Source: a virus. From it: 36,626 nucleotides of DNA. A model generated the notes under the pieces. That model was not told the DNA's origin, searched no databases, and saw only the letters and a list, made by a program, of their open reading frames with translations. Where the stretch lies: positions 1 to 36,626 of IMG/VR virus record IMGVR_UViG_3300020037_000280, one strand, 5' to 3'. The position numbers were made by a program, and so were the translations under genes. Of the stretch, positions 34,672 to 36,626 are shown piece after piece (positions within the stretch are counted from its first letter, which is position 1; every line of letters begins with the position of its first letter).

Positions 34672-35144
34672 AGTGGTACGACCTATTCAACCCGTTCAAG
34701 TGGAGCGAAGTAGCTTTACAGATAGCGGGCGGTGCAATCATGTTTATAGCTTTAGCTTGGTTTGGGAATCGGTGGTTGTCCAATTACTACACGGAAGAAC
34801 TGAAAGAAGCGCAAAAGCAAGCCACAGCGAAAGCGGACGCGATAGTGACGGCGCGGAACCTGGAAAACGAACGGAGACGAAATGAAGCACTCACAGCACA
34901 AAAGCAGAAACTGGAGTCTAACCTTGCTGACGCTCGCAGTGCTGATGCTGCTTCTGCCAGCTTGCGAGACGATATACGTACCCTCCAAGACCGAAGTCAA
35001 AACGACCTTACCGCCTGTAGAAACTACGCCAGTTCCACGACAGAGCTATTCATTGCAATTGACGAATTTGCGTCTTGGCTTGCAAAAGAAGCAGATGGAC
35101 AAGCCTTAGATAAAAAGGCTTGCTATGATGCTTGGCCTAAGTAG
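34668..35144 (+). CDS. i-spanin (Rz-like, DUF2514-type)
   Basis: N-terminal TM VALQIAGGAIMFIALAWF, then a coiled-coil periplasmic domain. It contains an embedded +1-frame lipoprotein ORF. Confidence 0.8.
   Translation: MKWYDLFNPFKWSEVALQIAGGAIMFIALAWFGNRWLSNYYTEELKEAQKQATAKADAIVTARNLENERRRNEALTAQKQKLESNLADARSADAASASLRDDIRTLQDRSQNDLTACRNYASSTTELFIAIDEFASWLAKEADGQALDKKACYDAWPK
34882..35109 (+). CDS. o-spanin (Rz1-like), fully embedded in the i-spanin gene
   Basis: Signal peptide with a lipobox-like LLLPAC. The mature part of about 48 aa is Pro-rich (TTLPPVETTPVP). Embedded architecture as in lambda Rz/Rz1. Confidence 0.7.
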   Translation: MKHSQHKSRNWSLTLLTLAVLMLLLPACETIYVPSKTEVKTTLPPVETTPVPRQSYSLQLTNLRLGLQKKQMDKP

Positions 35145-35173
35145 TTGACAACGCGAAAATTATCTGTTAAAGT
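35145..35173 (+). promoter_or_regulatory. Near-consensus sigma70 promoter TTGACA-17-TAAAGT (copy 1)
   Basis: ttgaca 35145-35150, a 17-nt spacer, taaagt 35168-35173. Starts on the base after the spanin stop codon. A 45-nt block is duplicated at 35907-35951. Confidence 0.65.
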
Positions 35174-35179
35174 ATGGGT

Positions 35180-35540
35180 TCTTAGGTTGGAATTTACTAG
35201 AAATTTCTATTAACGAACTAAAGGACTTTGATATGTGACACTTATCGAAACCAAGGCGCTACTTAGGTAGCTGCCAAACGCATACTGATTGATACCTAAC
35301 CTCCAAGGCTTAAGGATGTGGTGCTTGGCAGTCAGTAGCCGTTTGGTGAATGTGTAGGCTGATGCACTTGTACGTTAGCGCGTATTTTTCCAAAGCCAGA
35401 GTTCAGCACTGGCCACCAATTAAATGCGGCTAAGACCCGACAAGCCCGTTTGAAATAGCGGGATAAGACAAGCCCAAGCCCCGCTTGGTAATGTCTGGAA
35501 CAACCCTCCCGCCATCACTGGTAGGAGGGTTGTTTTTTTT
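35180..35540 (+). ncRNA. Candidate ~360-nt structured non-coding RNA of unknown family
   Basis: Bounded by the promoter above and a strong terminator. No ORF exceeds 23 codons. Multiple local helices and repeated TAAGAC/CAAGCCC motifs. The 5' end is inferred, not measured. Confidence 0.45.
35501..35540 (+). terminator. Strong intrinsic terminator
   Basis: caaccctcc / ggagggttg 9-bp stem, a 14-nt loop with an inner cca/tgg helix, then T8 (35533-35540). Confidence 0.85.
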
Positions 35541-35651
35541 CGCCTAAAAGATACGACTTTGATATTTTAAGCATTTGGCGGATGGCTTCAGGGTCTAGCA
35601 TTTGGGTCATGCTGCTTTACCTATCTCAGCAGCGGCGCGAGCTTGCAGTAA

Positions 35652-35747
35652 TTCATTGCAATTGACGAATTTGCGGGAAAAACTGCGGTTGCGGCTGACG
35701 GTCACGCCTTAGATAAACGGGCTTGCTATGATGCTTGGCCTCGTTGA
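35652..35747 (+). pseudogene. Remnant of a second spanin 3' end (Rz and Rz1 frames both recognisable)
   Basis: The remnant encodes FIAIDEFAGKTAVAADGHALDKRACYDAWPR*, compared with FIAIDEFASWLAKEADGQALDKKACYDAWPK* in the intact gene. A 25-nt identical core (35651-35675 = 35048-35072) is shared. An in-frame TAA lies directly upstream (35649-35651). Confidence 0.8.
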
Positions 35748-35773
35748 AACTGAAATAGTGAATAGCAATTATT

Positions 35774-35880
35774 AATTGGCCCTTTTGTCTATTTAGATAA
35801 TGAATTTATTGGCAACTCATTGATTCATAACAAAAATATGGAATTGGCCCTTTTCATTATCCAAGCGCCTAGATAATGAA
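35774..35880. repeat. Direct repeats AATTGGCCCTTTT (x2) and TAGATAATGAA (x2) upstream of promoter copy 2
   Basis: aattggccctttt at 35774 and 35842. tagataatgaa at 35794 and 35870. Further catagata motifs at about 35885 and 35897. Confidence 0.8.
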
Positions 35881-35909
35881 ACGCATAGATACTTGCATAG
35901 ATAAAATAG

Positions 35910-35938
35910 TTGACAACGCGAAAATTATCTGGTAAGGT
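35910..35938 (+). promoter_or_regulatory. sigma70 promoter copy 2, TTGACA-17-TAAGGT
   Basis: The 45-nt block 35907-35951 differs from 35142-35186 at only 2 positions. Confidence 0.6.
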
Positions 35939-35959
35939 ATGGGTTCTTAGGAGTTCAAA

Positions 35960-36016
35960 ATGAAAGACTTAAATCCAGTTAGTATTATTACAAACGGTGG
36001 CGGCAGTGGTAGCTAG
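35960..36016 (+). CDS. 18-codon small ORF MKDLNPVSIITNGGGSGS
   Basis: SD taggag lies 7 nt upstream of the ATG and about 14 nt downstream of the predicted TSS of promoter copy 2. Whether it is translated is untested. Confidence 0.35.
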   Translation: MKDLNPVSIITNGGGSGS

Positions 36017-36064
36017 AATCGGTTTCTATCTCTGCATTGGCTACTACTAATTTTTCATCAGTAG

Positions 36065-36391
36065 TCATTTCACACCTCGTTTAACCAAATCAATTACAAG
36101 AAGTGCCGCAGCTTTTTCGATTGAATCTGATGGCACATAATCGACAGAGAAATCATCGTGGCAAAGAACGGCAGCATTTTGGCGAAATTGCGTAGTTATT
36201 CCCCAATGCTTGCATATCGCTACAAATACCACAGGCTCGCGGTAGTCGAATATCCGAAGATACCCGTTCTTATTGCAAAACACATGAGTAAATTTAATAC
36301 CGACTTCATTAGGAAGAATTTTCGATGCACTTGTGAATCGCCACCCCAACCTCTTAGCCAGCGCGATGTTTATTTGTAAGTCTGAGGCCAT
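36065..36391 (-). CDS. Last gene of the leftward operon, DUF2591/NinX-like hypothetical protein (108 aa)
   Basis: The pattern INIALAKRLGW...FDYREPVVFVAICKHWGI...AAALLVIDLV resembles DUF2591 phage proteins. Weak recognition. Confidence 0.6.
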   Translation of the reverse strand: MASDLQINIALAKRLGWRFTSASKILPNEVGIKFTHVFCNKNGYLRIFDYREPVVFVAICKHWGITTQFRQNAAVLCHDDFSVDYVPSDSIEKAAALLVIDLVKRGVK

Positions 36392-36537
36392 GACGCAACC
36401 CTTTCTTCAATTTGTTGTACTTCATCAATATCGCTCTTAACGCTTTCATTGTGAAACTCTTGATTCATCTTTTGTGTGGCGATATTGGCTCTAGCTTTGG
36501 CTTCAGCTATTAACTCTTGTTCTGTCATGGGTTTCAT
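36370..36537 (-). CDS. Hypothetical 55-aa protein spanning into the terminal repeat
   Basis: The ATG (36537-36535) overlaps the TGA of the 29..583 gene across the circular junction. MKPMTEQELIAEAKARANIATQKMNQEF... is helical. Below the ORF-track cutoff. Confidence 0.5.
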   Translation of the reverse strand: MKPMTEQELIAEAKARANIATQKMNQEFHNESVKSDIDEVQQIEERVASWPQTYK

Positions 36538-36626
36538 AAGCCACCTCTCAAGATTCCCAAGGCGGCTTCTGCATCACGATAAATATCAATGTAGTGAGGC
36601 GGTTCATTGCCGCGCAAATTTTTGTA
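36506..36626. repeat. Right copy of the 121-bp terminal direct repeat
   Basis: Identical to 1-121. It contains the 3' end of the 29..583 ORF and the start of the 36370..36537 ORF. Confidence 0.95.

Noticed and set aside
35224-35565. 11-nt direct repeat GACTTTGATAT at 35224 and 35555 flanking most of the candidate RNA, which could be read as a target-site duplication of a small mobile element.
   Set aside because: No terminal inverted repeats lie inside the flanks, and a single 11-mer match within a ~900-nt region has roughly a 10 percent chance expectation. The evidence for a MITE-like insertion is insufficient.
35515-35610. 31-codon minus-strand ORF MTQMLDPEAIRQMLKISKSYLLGEKKQPSYQ, whose ISKSYL segment recalls AlpA/Xis-type HTH proteins.
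   Set aside because: It is too short to form a complete HTH domain and runs into the terminator hairpin of the opposite strand. It is most likely a truncated remnant left by the same rearrangements that created the spanin pseudogene. It could still be worth a profile search.

Overview
The window is a complete, circularly closed dsDNA phage genome. The unique length is about 36,505 bp, because bases 1-121 are repeated exactly at 36506-36626 and ORFs read through that junction. Gene content points to a P22-like short-tailed (podovirus-type) phage. The layout has five parts. (1) A leftward early operon runs 3412 -> 29 and continues across the junction to 36537 -> 36065. It carries ssb, an HNH endonuclease, a DUF1071/Sak3-like annealing protein and small unknown proteins. 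(2) A divergent control region lies at 3413-3652. (3) A rightward early/middle operon (3653-12137) encodes a Cro/YdaS-like HTH, a SNF2-helicase::DNA-methyltransferase fusion, a YdaU/DUF1376 replication module, a minimal protein-kinase-like ORF, NinB, NinG and a possible Q-like antiterminator. (4) A late promoter and short terminated leader (12155-12255) precede a tightly translationally coupled late operon (12643-35144). That operon holds TerS, TerL, a portal with a coiled-coil C-terminus, scaffold, an N4-gp56-family major capsid protein, P22 gp4- and gp10-like tail-hub proteins, putative ejection proteins, two paralogous tail fibres and a lysis cassette with a GH19 endolysin and an embedded Rz/Rz1-type spanin pair. 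(5) A 0.9-kb ORF-poor accessory junction lies at 35145-36064. No integrase, CI-type repressor, tRNA, CRISPR array or reverse transcriptase was seen, so lifestyle is unresolved. The most unusual element is in the accessory junction. It is a self-contained cassette with a near-consensus sigma70 promoter, a roughly 360-nt structured ORF-less transcript and a strong intrinsic terminator. The cassette is bracketed by duplicated copies of the spanin 3' end and of the promoter, and the second promoter copy drives an 18-codon ORF. Other items worth follow-up are a 153-aa minimal kinase, the helicase-methylase fusion, a cupin plus Asp/Asn-hydroxylase-like pair inside the virion/ejection module, and an ART-PolyVal-like protein in the tail-needle position. 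All functional calls come from motif recognition by eye. No database search was run.
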